Shown: piece after piece, positions 49,670-57,859 of the stretch
Layout of the letters: every line of letters starts with the position of its first letter
Numbering within the stretch: position 1 is the stretch's first letter
Assembly (NCBI RefSeq): GCF_025465255.1
Contig: NZ_JAODNI010000113.1
Coordinates: 15-64,014 of the forward strand
Source of the DNA: Pseudonocardia sp.
GTDB lineage: Bacteria; Actinomycetota; Actinomycetes; Mycobacteriales; Pseudonocardiaceae
Reading direction: 5' to 3'
Length of the DNA stretch: 64,000 nucleotides
The notes under the pieces: generated by a model
Databases searched by the model: none
Seen by the model: only the letters and a program-made list of their open reading frames with translations
What the model was told of the DNA's origin: nothing
Translations under genes and position numbers: made by a program

Positions 49670-50071
49670 TCAGCCGAGCGCCGACACCGCCGCCGTCGCG
49701 ACCGTCGTGTCCTGGTCGACGGACCCGGCGCTGACCCCGACCGCGCCGACCAGCTCGCCGTCGCGGTGCACCGGGAGGCCCCCGCCGAACGCGACCATGC
49801 CGCCGGAGAGCTGCTCCAGGCCGTAGAGCTCCTGCCCCGGCTGGACCAGCGGCGCGAGCGCGCCGGTGGGCAGGTTCATCAGGATCGACGTCCGCGCCTT
49901 GCGCTGCGCGATGTCGATGCTGGCGCGGATGGCGCCGTCCTGGCGGGCGAACGCCAGGAGGTGCCCGCCCGCGTCGACCACCGCGATGTTCATCGGCTGG
50001 CCGATCTCGTCGGCCTTCTCCAGTCCCGCGGCGAGCGCCTTCTGTGCCTCCGCGAACGTCAGCCCGTTCAT
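49670..50071 (-). CDS. GlcG/HbpS (PduO C-terminal/OrfY-like) heme-binding protein
   Basis: NIAVVDAGG...RQDGA...IAQRKARTS...FGGGLP...GAVGVSAG..DQD. Confidence 0.9.
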   Translation of the reverse strand: MNGLTFAEAQKALAAGLEKADEIGQPMNIAVVDAGGHLLAFARQDGAIRASIDIAQRKARTSILMNLPTGALAPLVQPGQELYGLEQLSGGMVAFGGGLPVHRDGELVGAVGVSAGSVDQDTTVATAAVSALG

Positions 50072-50173
50072 CGTCGTGTCCTTCCCTCGTCGTCGAGCGG
50101 GTCCGGCGACCCGAGCTCCCACCCAACAGGACGGGGGCCCCGCGCGGCAGCCTTCTCCTCGGGCGAGTGGATC

Positions 50174-50245
50174 CGCCCCTGACCGGACGGTGGGGTGGCG
50201 TCGGTGGCGAGCGGGGCCCCCCATCCGGACGTCCGATCAGGGGCG
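50174..50245. promoter_or_regulatory. 16-bp inverted repeat in the divergent heme-protein/dehydratase intergenic region
   Basis: CGCCCCTGACCGGACG (50174-50189) and CGTCCGATCAGGGGCG (50230-50245), one mismatch, 40-nt spacer. Confidence 0.55.
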
Positions 50246-50400
50246 CACCCGGCGGCCGGAGCAACCGCCACCGCCGCGCGGGCGACAAGGCCCCCGCAAC
50301 TGGCGGCGTCACCGTTCGGCGGCGCCGCGGACCGGGCGCGTGTCCGGCGGCCGTTCGGGTAGGGCGGGCCCGGAGGGGTTCTCGCTGCCTGCGTCCGTGC

Positions 50401-50433
50401 GCAACGATCGTGCGACGTGGCCGGCGTCACTGT
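50401..50433 (+). promoter_or_regulatory. GCAACG direct-repeat box plus -10 upstream of the dehydratase operon
   Basis: GCAACGATCGTGCGACGTG-N8-CACTGT; 16/19 identical to the box at 48820. Confidence 0.6.
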
Positions 50434-50477
50434 CGAGGAGTCGTGGCCCTTCTGCGTACCGTGAACGACGAGAGGTG

Positions 50478-50930
50478 ATGCGCGTGTCCGCTCCAGCCCC
50501 GCAGTCCCGCCCCGATCTCGGGCCGGCCGACTATCCGCTCTCGGTCAATCGTCAGGACCTCCTCCGCACCCCCACCGGGAAGCCGCTCTCGGCGCTGACG
50601 ATGAACGCCGTGGTGGCGGGGGAGATCGTCGCGGACGACCTGCGGATCGCGCCGGAGACGCTGCAGCTGCAGGCGATTCTGGCCGAGTCGGTGCAGCGCC
50701 CGCAGCTCGCCGCGAACTTCCGCCGCGCCGCCGAGCTCACGGCGGTCCCCGACGCCGAGGTCCTCGCGATGTACAACGCGCTGCGGCCCCGGGCGTCGAG
50801 CAGGGACGAGCTGCTGACGATCGCCGAGAACCTGGAGAGCAAGTACCACGCCCCCGTCTGCGGCGCGCTGGTCCGCGAGGCCGCCGAGGTCTACCAGCGG
50901 CGCGACCTGCTGGCCCGCGAGGAGGACTGA
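50478..50930 (+). CDS. pduE: B12-dependent diol/glycerol dehydratase small (gamma) subunit
   Basis: DYPL...TPTGK...DLRIAPETL..QA...NFRRAAELTAVPD...YNALRP. Confidence 0.92.
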   Translation: MRVSAPAPQSRPDLGPADYPLSVNRQDLLRTPTGKPLSALTMNAVVAGEIVADDLRIAPETLQLQAILAESVQRPQLAANFRRAAELTAVPDAEVLAMYNALRPRASSRDELLTIAENLESKYHAPVCGALVREAAEVYQRRDLLAREED

Positions 50931-50931
50931 C

Positions 50932-52626
50932 ATGACCACCACCCAACCCCGGCACTCGCGGCGCACCGAGATCCTGGAGGACCGGCCCGTCAACCTCGAC
51001 GGCTTCGTCGAGGAGTGGCCCGAGAAGGGCCTCGTCGCCATGGAGTCGGACTTCGACCCGGCGCCGAGCGTGCGGGTCGAGGACGGCCGGATCGTCGAGC
51101 TCGACGGCCGCGCCCGCGCCGACTTCGACTTCATGGACACCTTCATCGCCGACCACGCGATCGACGTCGAGACGACGGAGGCCTCGATGGCGGTCCCGTC
51201 GGACGAGATCGCCCGCATGCTGATCAACCCGACCGTCTCCCGCCAGGATGTGCTCGCCGTGACCCGCGGGCTCACCCCGGCCAAGATCCTCGACGTCGTC
51301 AAGCTGATGAACGTCGTCGAGATCATGCAGGGCATGCAGAAGATGCGGGCCCGCCGCACGCCCGCGAACCAGGGGCACTCCACCAGCGCCCGGGACAACC
51401 CCCTCCAGGTCGCCGTGGACGCCGCGGAGGGCGCGCTGCGCGGGTTCGCCGAGCTCGAGACGACGCTGGGCGTCCTGCGCTACGCCCCGCTGGTGGCGAT
51501 CGCGCTGCAGGTCGGTGCGCAGGTCGGGCGCGGCGGCGTGCTCACCCAGTGCGCGCTGGAGGAGGCCACCGAGTTGGAGCTCGGCATGCGCGGCATCACC
51601 GCCTACGCCGAGACGATCTCGATCTACGGCACCGAGTCGGTGTTCGTCGACGGCGACGACACGCCGTGGTCCAAGTCCTTCCTCGCCTCCGCCTACGCCT
51701 CGCGCGGCATCAAGATGCGCTTCACCTCGGGCACCGGTTCGGAGGTGCAGATGGGCAACGCCGAGGGCAAGTCCATGCTGTACCTGGAGATCCGCTGCGT
51801 CCTCATGGCCAAGGGCGCGGGGGTGCAGGGCCTGCAGAACGGTTCGATCAGCTGCATCGGCGTACCCGGTGCGATGCCGGGCGGCATCCGTGCGGTAGCG
51901 GCGGAGAACCTCGTCGCGAGCATGGTCGACCTCGAGTGCGCATCCGGCAACGACCAGTCGTTCTCGCACTCGGCGATGCGCCGGACCGCGCGGATGATGC
52001 CCCAACTGCTGCCGGGCACCGACTTCGTCTGCTCGGGCTACTCCGGGGTGCCCAACGCCGACAACATGTTCGCCGGATCCAACTTCGACACCGACGACTA
52101 CGACGACTGGAACACCATCCAGCGCGACCTGCAGGTCGACGGCGGGCTGCGACACATCCGGGAGGACGAGATCCTGCAGGTCCGCAACAAGGCCGCCCGC
52201 GCGCTGCAGGCCCTGTTCGCCGAGCTCGACCTGCCGCGGATCACCGACGAGGAGGTCGAGGCGGCCACCTATGCGAACGGCAGCGAGGACTACCCCGAGC
52301 GCGACGTGCTCGAGGACCTCAAGGGCGCCCAGTCGGTGATGGACCGCGGCATCACCGGCCTCGACCTGGTCACGGCGCTGGAGCGCACCGGATTCCACGA
52401 CGTCGCCGAGAACCTGCTGACCGTGCTGCGCCAGCGCGTCTCCGGCGACCTGCTGCAGACCTCGGCCATCCTCACCCACGACTTCGTCCCGCTCTCGGCG
52501 ATCAACGACGCCAACGACTACGCCGGGCCGGGCACCGGCTACCGGCTGCAGGGCGAGCGGTGGGAACAGCTCAAGAAACTGCGGCACGTGACGAGCGCCG
52601 AGAACCCCGAGACGGAGGTGTCGTGA
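50932..52626 (+). CDS. pduC: B12-dependent diol/glycerol dehydratase large (alpha) subunit
   Basis: RPVNLDGF...KMRARRTP.NQGH...ETT...YAETIS.YGTE...DGDDTPWSK...GLQNGS...NDQ...DNMFAGSN; residues matching the known active site are retained. Confidence 0.96.
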   Translation: MTTTQPRHSRRTEILEDRPVNLDGFVEEWPEKGLVAMESDFDPAPSVRVEDGRIVELDGRARADFDFMDTFIADHAIDVETTEASMAVPSDEIARMLINPTVSRQDVLAVTRGLTPAKILDVVKLMNVVEIMQGMQKMRARRTPANQGHSTSARDNPLQVAVDAAEGALRGFAELETTLGVLRYAPLVAIALQVGAQVGRGGVLTQCALEEATELELGMRGITAYAETISIYGTESVFVDGDDTPWSKSFLASAYASRGIKMRFTSGTGSEVQMGNAEGKSMLYLEIRCVLMAKGAGVQGLQNGSISCIGVPGAMPGGIRAVAAENLVASMVDLECASGNDQSFSHSAMRRTARMMPQLLPGTDFVCSGYSGVPNADNMFAGSNFDTDDYDDWNTIQRDLQVDGGLRHIREDEILQVRNKAARALQALFAELDLPRITDEEVEAATYANGSEDYPERDVLEDLKGAQSVMDRGITGLDLVTALERTGFHDVAENLLTVLRQRVSGDLLQTSAILTHDFVPLSAINDANDYAGPGTGYRLQGERWEQLKKLRHVTSAENPETEVS

Positions 52627-53201
52627 TGAGCGCTCCCGCCGCGGTGCGGACCCTGACCCTGAAGGAGATCGGGCCGGCCCAGCGTGCGTCGCGGCCGGAC
52701 GAGGTGGTCATCGCCGTCTCGCCGGCCTTCGCCGAGACGTTCACCAGGACCATCGTCGACGTCCCGCACGCCGAGGTGATCCGGCAGGTCCTGGCCGGCA
52801 TCGAGGAGCAGGGCGTCACCGCGCGGATGGTCAAGGTGTGGGACACCGCCGACCTCGCGGCCATCGCCCACACCGGTGCCCGGCTCTCGGGCTCCGGCAT
52901 CTCCATCGGGCTGCTCTCCCGCGGGACCACGATGATCCACCAGCGGGACCTGCCGCGGCTGAGCAACCTGGAGCTGTTCCCGCAGTCCCCGCTGCTCGAC
53001 GCCGAGGTGTTCCGCCGCATCGGGTCGAACGCCGCCCAGTACGCCAAGGGCGAGTCGCCGGCCCCGGTGCCGACCCGGAATGACCAGATGGCGCGCCCCC
53101 GCTGGCAGGCGAAGGCCGCGCTGCTGCACCTCAAGGAGTTCGAGTGCATCGTGGCGGGGCGCAGGCCGGTGGAGGTCGAGCCGGTGATCTCCCGGGCATG
53201 A
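52626..53201 (+). CDS. pduD: B12-dependent diol/glycerol dehydratase medium (beta) subunit
   Basis: DEVVIAVSPAF...AGIEEQG...LSGSGISIG..SRGTT.IHQRDL..LSNLELFPQ...NAAQYAKGESP. Confidence 0.93.
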   Translation: MSAPAAVRTLTLKEIGPAQRASRPDEVVIAVSPAFAETFTRTIVDVPHAEVIRQVLAGIEEQGVTARMVKVWDTADLAAIAHTGARLSGSGISIGLLSRGTTMIHQRDLPRLSNLELFPQSPLLDAEVFRRIGSNAAQYAKGESPAPVPTRNDQMARPRWQAKAALLHLKEFECIVAGRRPVEVEPVISRA

Positions 53202-55024
53202 ACCGTCTGGTCGTCGGGGTCGACATCGGGAACTCGACCACCGAGGCGTGCGTCGCCTCGGTCTCGGGCGGTTCCGTGGAGTACCTGGGAACGGCCCTGA
53301 CCCACACGACCGGGGTCAAGGGCACGCCCGAGAACACCGAGGGCGCCGTCGACGCCGTGCGCCGGGCCCTCGTGGGGGCCCGGCGCTCGCCGGCGGACCT
53401 CGACGTCGTTCTGCTGAACGAGGCCACGCCGGTGATCAGCGGGCTGGCCATGGAGACCATCTCCGAGACGATCATCACCGAGTCCACGATGATCGGGCAC
53501 AACCCCGAGACACCGGGCGGCGTCGGGCTGGGGGTCGGCACGACCGTCTCGCTCGACGGGCTCGCCGGGGCCTCGCCGGACGAGCCGGTGGTCGTGGTGG
53601 TCCCGGGCGGCTGGGACTTCGACGACGTGGCCGCCGAGCTGAACGCGGCGGCCGAGCGCGGCGTACCGGTCGTCGCGGCCGTCCTCGCCCACGACGACGC
53701 CGTGCTGGTGGTGAACCGGCTCCGCACGCCGATCCCCGTCGTCGACGAGGTGGCGGCGGTGGCGAAGGTGCCCCTCGGGATGCACGCCGCCGTCGAGGTC
53801 GCGCCCCCGGGGCGCACCATCCGCACGCTGTCGGACTCCTACGGCCTCGCGTCGGTGTTCGGGCTCGATCCGGAACAGACGCGGCAGGTCTCGCCGGTGG
53901 CCCGGGCGCTCACCGGGAACCGCTCGGCCGTCGTCGTCCGGACGCCCACCGGGGACGTCACCGACCGGCGGATCCCGGTCGGCACCCTGACCCTCACCGG
54001 CGCCGGCAAGACCCTGCAGGTCGACGTCGACGCGGGCGCCGACGAGATCATGGACACACTCGACCGGGTCCAGCCCCTCGACGACGCGACCGGTGAGCCC
54101 GGCACACACGTCGGCGGGATGCTCGCGCAGGTCCGGGACACCATGACGGACGTGACCGGGCAGCCGGCGGCCGAGATCCGGATCCGGGACGTGCTGGCCG
54201 TCGACACGTTCGTGCCGAACGAGGTGCGCGGCGGGCTGGCCGGCGAGGTCGCGCTGGAGAACGCCGTCGCGCTCGCGGCGATGGTCCGGACCAGCCGGAG
54301 CCGCATGCAGGTCGTCGCCGACGAGGTGGCCGAGGCGCTCGGCTGCCGCGCCGAGATTGGCGGCATCGAGGGCGAGATGGCGGTCCGGGGGGCGTTGACC
54401 ACGCCGGGCACCGACGTCCCGATCGCGGTGCTCGACCTCGGCGGCGGATCCACGGACGCGGCCCTGCTCGACCGCGACGGCGTGTGCACGGCGGTACACG
54501 TCGCCGGGGCCGGCGAGCTGGTCACGAAGCTGATCGGCTCCGAGCTGGCCCTCGAGGACCGGGAGGTCGCCGAGTCGGTCAAGCGGCATCCGCTGGCGAA
54601 GGTCGAGAGCTTCTTCCACATCCGACACGAGGACGGGACGGTGCAGTTCTTCACCGAGCCGCTGCCGCCGCACGTGTTCGCCCGCGTCGTCGCGATGACC
54701 CCGGAGGGGCCCGCACCGATCCCGACGAGGGCCTCGGTCGACCACGTCCGGCGGATCCGTAGGGAGGCGAAGCGGCGGGTGTTCGTCGTCAACGCGCTCC
54801 GCGCGCTGCGCCAGGTCGCGCCCCGCGGCAGCCTGCGGATGCTGGACTTCGTGGTCCTGCTCGGTGGTTCCGCGCTGGACTTCGAGATCCCGGACCTGAT
54901 CGCCGACGCCCTCGCCGGGCACGGTGTCGTCTGCGGCACGGGCAACGTGCACGGCAACGAGGGCCCGCGCAACGCCGTCGCCGCGGGGCTGGTCGACGCG
55001 CACGCCGACGCGGTGTCCGGGTGA
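53198..55024 (+). CDS. pduG: diol dehydratase reactivase large subunit
   Basis: GVDIGNSTTE, TTGVKGT, NEATPVI...ETIITESTMIGHNP.TPGG, DLGGGSTDA, GPRNAVA. Confidence 0.95.
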   Translation: MNRLVVGVDIGNSTTEACVASVSGGSVEYLGTALTHTTGVKGTPENTEGAVDAVRRALVGARRSPADLDVVLLNEATPVISGLAMETISETIITESTMIGHNPETPGGVGLGVGTTVSLDGLAGASPDEPVVVVVPGGWDFDDVAAELNAAAERGVPVVAAVLAHDDAVLVVNRLRTPIPVVDEVAAVAKVPLGMHAAVEVAPPGRTIRTLSDSYGLASVFGLDPEQTRQVSPVARALTGNRSAVVVRTPTGDVTDRRIPVGTLTLTGAGKTLQVDVDAGADEIMDTLDRVQPLDDATGEPGTHVGGMLAQVRDTMTDVTGQPAAEIRIRDVLAVDTFVPNEVRGGLAGEVALENAVALAAMVRTSRSRMQVVADEVAEALGCRAEIGGIEGEMAVRGALTTPGTDVPIAVLDLGGGSTDAALLDRDGVCTAVHVAGAGELVTKLIGSELALEDREVAESVKRHPLAKVESFFHIRHEDGTVQFFTEPLPPHVFARVVAMTPEGPAPIPTRASVDHVRRIRREAKRRVFVVNALRALRQVAPRGSLRMLDFVVLLGGSALDFEIPDLIADALAGHGVVCGTGNVHGNEGPRNAVAAGLVDAHADAVSG

Positions 55025-55368
55025 GCGGAGGGGGCGCCGAGCGACCCGCGGTCGTCGTGCTGCTGGCCGCGGGCGCCGATCCGGCGATCCTGCACGAGGT
55101 GAGTGCCGGCGCGGAGGAGGAAGGTGTGCCGACCCGCGTGGATCCCGTCCAGGAGGGAGACGCCGTCGCGCTCGCGCACACGGCCGCCGGACTGTCCACG
55201 CTGCGGACCGGCATCGGGATCGGCGGAGACGGCGCCGTCGCGGTCCATCACGACACGCTGCCCGCGGACGCGCCCGTCGGGCTCGCCGGGCCGGACGCCG
55301 CCGCCGCGGACCAGCGGACCATCGGGCACCTCGCGGCCCGGATCGTCAAGGTGCTCCCGCTGGCGTGA
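55021..55368 (+). CDS. pduH: diol dehydratase reactivase small subunit
   Basis: GAEEEGVP...AHTAA..S.L.TGIGI...G..AARIVKVLP. Confidence 0.88.
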   Translation: MSGGGAERPAVVVLLAAGADPAILHEVSAGAEEEGVPTRVDPVQEGDAVALAHTAAGLSTLRTGIGIGGDGAVAVHHDTLPADAPVGLAGPDAAAADQRTIGHLAARIVKVLPLA

Positions 55369-55590
55369 GCCGGGTCGGTCAGCCCCGGAAACGCTGCGGC
55401 TCCGGGGCCGGGAGGCGACCGCGCGGCACAGCTCGTCGTGGTGCACGGCGGACGCCGACGGCGGCCGGGACGGCTGGTGGCGCCGCTGATCGGGCATCGG
55501 CTCTCCTGGTCGGCTCCGGGTGTGTTCACGATAGGTGAGAGCCGTTTATGATGCTCAACGCGTACGTGTCCATGACCGGAGGGGACGAGT

Positions 55591-56184
55591 GTGACCCAGC
55601 CGAGCCAGGGCCCCTGGGAGCCCATCGTCGACGCCATCGGGCCGAGGGTCCGGGAGGCGCGTCAGCGACTTGGCCTGTCCCTGCAACAGCTCGCGGTCCG
55701 GGCCGACGTGTCCGCCGCCGCCGTGCACAAGGTCGAACGGGGGGACATGGTGCCCACGATCACCACGCTGCTGAAGCTCTCCGGCGCGCTCGGCACCACC
55801 GTCGCGTCGCTGGTCGACGAGCTGCCCGGCGAGCCCGTCGCCCGGTACGTCCGGGCGGGCGCGCGCGGCAAGGCGCCCAAGGAGTGGGCCCCGGCGGCGC
55901 TCGGCGTGACCACGGAGGGGATCGCCGAGGCGGACGCGACGTTGCGCGCGGGCGGCGTGATGGCCGTCGTCGAACCGGGCGGGGAGAGCGGGGACACCCG
56001 GCCCCGCCGACCGGGAGAGGAGCTCCTGCTGGTGTTGGAGGGTGCGTTGCGGGTCGAGGTGGCGGGGGAGCGGTACGACGTCGAGCCGGGGGACACCCTG
56101 CACTATCCGACGGACCGCGGGCACCGGTGGAGCAACGAGGGCGACGAGCCCGCGCGCGCGGTGTGGGTGACGATCCGTGCCTGA
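55591..56184 (+). CDS. XRE-family HTH regulator with C-terminal cupin domain
   Basis: IGPRVREARQRLGLSLQQLA...KVERG..VPTITTL; GEELLLVLEG...PGDTLHY...HRWSN. Confidence 0.9.
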   Translation: MTQPSQGPWEPIVDAIGPRVREARQRLGLSLQQLAVRADVSAAAVHKVERGDMVPTITTLLKLSGALGTTVASLVDELPGEPVARYVRAGARGKAPKEWAPAALGVTTEGIAEADATLRAGGVMAVVEPGGESGDTRPRRPGEELLLVLEGALRVEVAGERYDVEPGDTLHYPTDRGHRWSNEGDEPARAVWVTIRA

Positions 56185-57145
56185 GCTTTCCGGGCCCGAC
56201 TCCCTGTCTGCCATCGCCGCCGCCTGCCTCGCGAACCCGGGACTGACCGCGAAGGCCGAGATCGCCCTCGTCGGCGAGGTCCTCGGCGGGACGGACTGGA
56301 TGGGGGGTCCCGGGGACGACGGCGCGGTGGTCACCGCGCACGGCGGCCCGGTCATCGCGTGCGGGGAGGCGCTGTTCCCCCCGTTCGTCGCCGCGGACCC
56401 GCACGGTGCCGGGTTCGCCGCGGTGCTCACGAACGTCAACGACGTGGCCGCGATGGGTGGGGTGCCGCTGGGCGTCGTGGACACCGTCGTCGCGTCGGAA
56501 CCGGTGGCCCGTAAGGCACTCGCCGGGATGCGGGAGGCCGCCGAGCTCTACGACGTGCCGATCATCGGCGGGCACCTGACGATCCATGACGGCGATCCCG
56601 CGATCTCCGCGTTCGCCGTCGGGGCCTCCGCGGCGCCGTTGTCGGTGACCCGCGCCGCGCCCGGCCAGTCGCTCGTCGTGGCCGCGGCGCTCGACGGCCG
56701 GATGCGGGCGGACTTCCCGTTCTTCCCGGCGTTCGAGTCCCGGGGCCGGCGAAGCGCGGGCGACGTCCGGCTGCTCGGCGTGCTGGCGGAATCCGGCGTC
56801 GTGGTGGCGGCGAAGGACATCAGCATGGCCGGGCTCGTCGGATCGCTGGCGATGCTCCTGGAGCCCGGACGGCTCGGCGTGACCCTCGACGTCGACGCGG
56901 TGCCGGCTCCGCCGGGTGTGCCCCTGACACGGTGGTTCAACTGCTTCCCGAGCTTCGGCTTCCTGCTCTGCGTGCCCGCGGGCCGGGAGCCGGAGTGCCT
57001 CGCCGCGTTCGCCGAGCGGGACCTGGCGGCGGCGGTCGTCGGGACCCTGGACGACACGGGCACCCTGGCCCTCTCCCGCCCGGACGAGCACGTGGAGGTC
57101 CTGAGCCTGCACGACTTCCGCGTCACCGGCCTCCCGCGCGCCTGA
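56177..57145 (+). CDS. AIR synthase-related protein (Sll0787/NitF-like)
   Basis: GDDGAVV...ADPHGAG..AVLTNVNDVAAMGG.P...IIGGH...AAKDISMAG..GSLAMLLE...FPSFGFL; overlaps the XRE gene. Confidence 0.87.
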   Translation: MPELSGPDSLSAIAAACLANPGLTAKAEIALVGEVLGGTDWMGGPGDDGAVVTAHGGPVIACGEALFPPFVAADPHGAGFAAVLTNVNDVAAMGGVPLGVVDTVVASEPVARKALAGMREAAELYDVPIIGGHLTIHDGDPAISAFAVGASAAPLSVTRAAPGQSLVVAAALDGRMRADFPFFPAFESRGRRSAGDVRLLGVLAESGVVVAAKDISMAGLVGSLAMLLEPGRLGVTLDVDAVPAPPGVPLTRWFNCFPSFGFLLCVPAGREPECLAAFAERDLAAAVVGTLDDTGTLALSRPDEHVEVLSLHDFRVTGLPRA

Positions 57146-57332
57146 CCCCGCGACTCGCGCTCCGGCGACCACCGAGTCGGGGTGCTCGGCAGGCCGTTCG
57201 GGGGCAGGGCTGCGGCGCCGCCGGGCATGATCGTGATCATGCGGCTGCGGTGCGCGAGAACTTCCTGGACCGGCGCGCCGCATGGCTCGTACAGCCCGGC
57301 ACTCGGCCCGACTCGCGGGAGGGCGGTCGACG

Positions 57333-57746
57333 TCAGGGGCGGGCGAGACGGAGACGCGGGGCGCCCGACGGCGACGGCGTGCCGACGAGGGTGGGGCAGA
57401 TCCCGTCGCCCGAGGCCATGCTCAGCGTCACGTTCCGCGCCGGCGCGGGCGTCCTCGTGCCCCGCAGGGCGACGTCCGACGCGAGCGCCAGGATCCGGAG
57501 GGCGCGCTCCGGGTCCTTCCAGCGGTGCCTCTCGGCGAAGGCCGGCCAGCTCGACGGCGCGACCATCTCCTCGACCGGGTACTCGAGCTCCGCCCAGGTC
57601 ACCGCGACCTCGAACAGCTCGACGATCGCGTCCGGCTCCGTCTCGATCCGGAGCAGCCGGTCGTGGTGCGCGACGCGGGCGTGGTCGCGCCGGCACTCGG
57701 CCGGGCACGCGACGTTCGCGGGCGCGGTGCGGGGCTTCTCCGGCAC
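57333..57746 (-). CDS. hypothetical protein (137 aa)
   Basis: GGAGG RBS before the GTG; CPAECRRDH...ELFEVAVTWAELEY...FAERHRW; GC-rich third positions. Confidence 0.6.
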   Translation of the reverse strand: MPEKPRTAPANVACPAECRRDHARVAHHDRLLRIETEPDAIVELFEVAVTWAELEYPVEEMVAPSSWPAFAERHRWKDPERALRILALASDVALRGTRTPAPARNVTLSMASGDGICPTLVGTPSPSGAPRLRLARP

Positions 57747-57859
57747 GGGTGGACCTCCGGAACGACGAGGAACGACGGACGCCCTCAGTTCTAGGTCAGC
57801 CGCGCGGCACACCCGTTTCCGGACGGTTTCGTCCGGATGAACTCGATCTAGGGCACCGC

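Noticed and set aside
50072..50477. Possible cobalamin riboswitch upstream of the B12-dependent dehydratase
   Set aside because: I could not find the conserved GGGAA...GCCACTG / B12-box elements on either strand; an Infernal scan would be decisive.
43889..57330. Island as an active mobile element
   Set aside because: No integrase or transposase, no tRNA target, no flanking direct repeats seen, and composition looks similar to the flanks.
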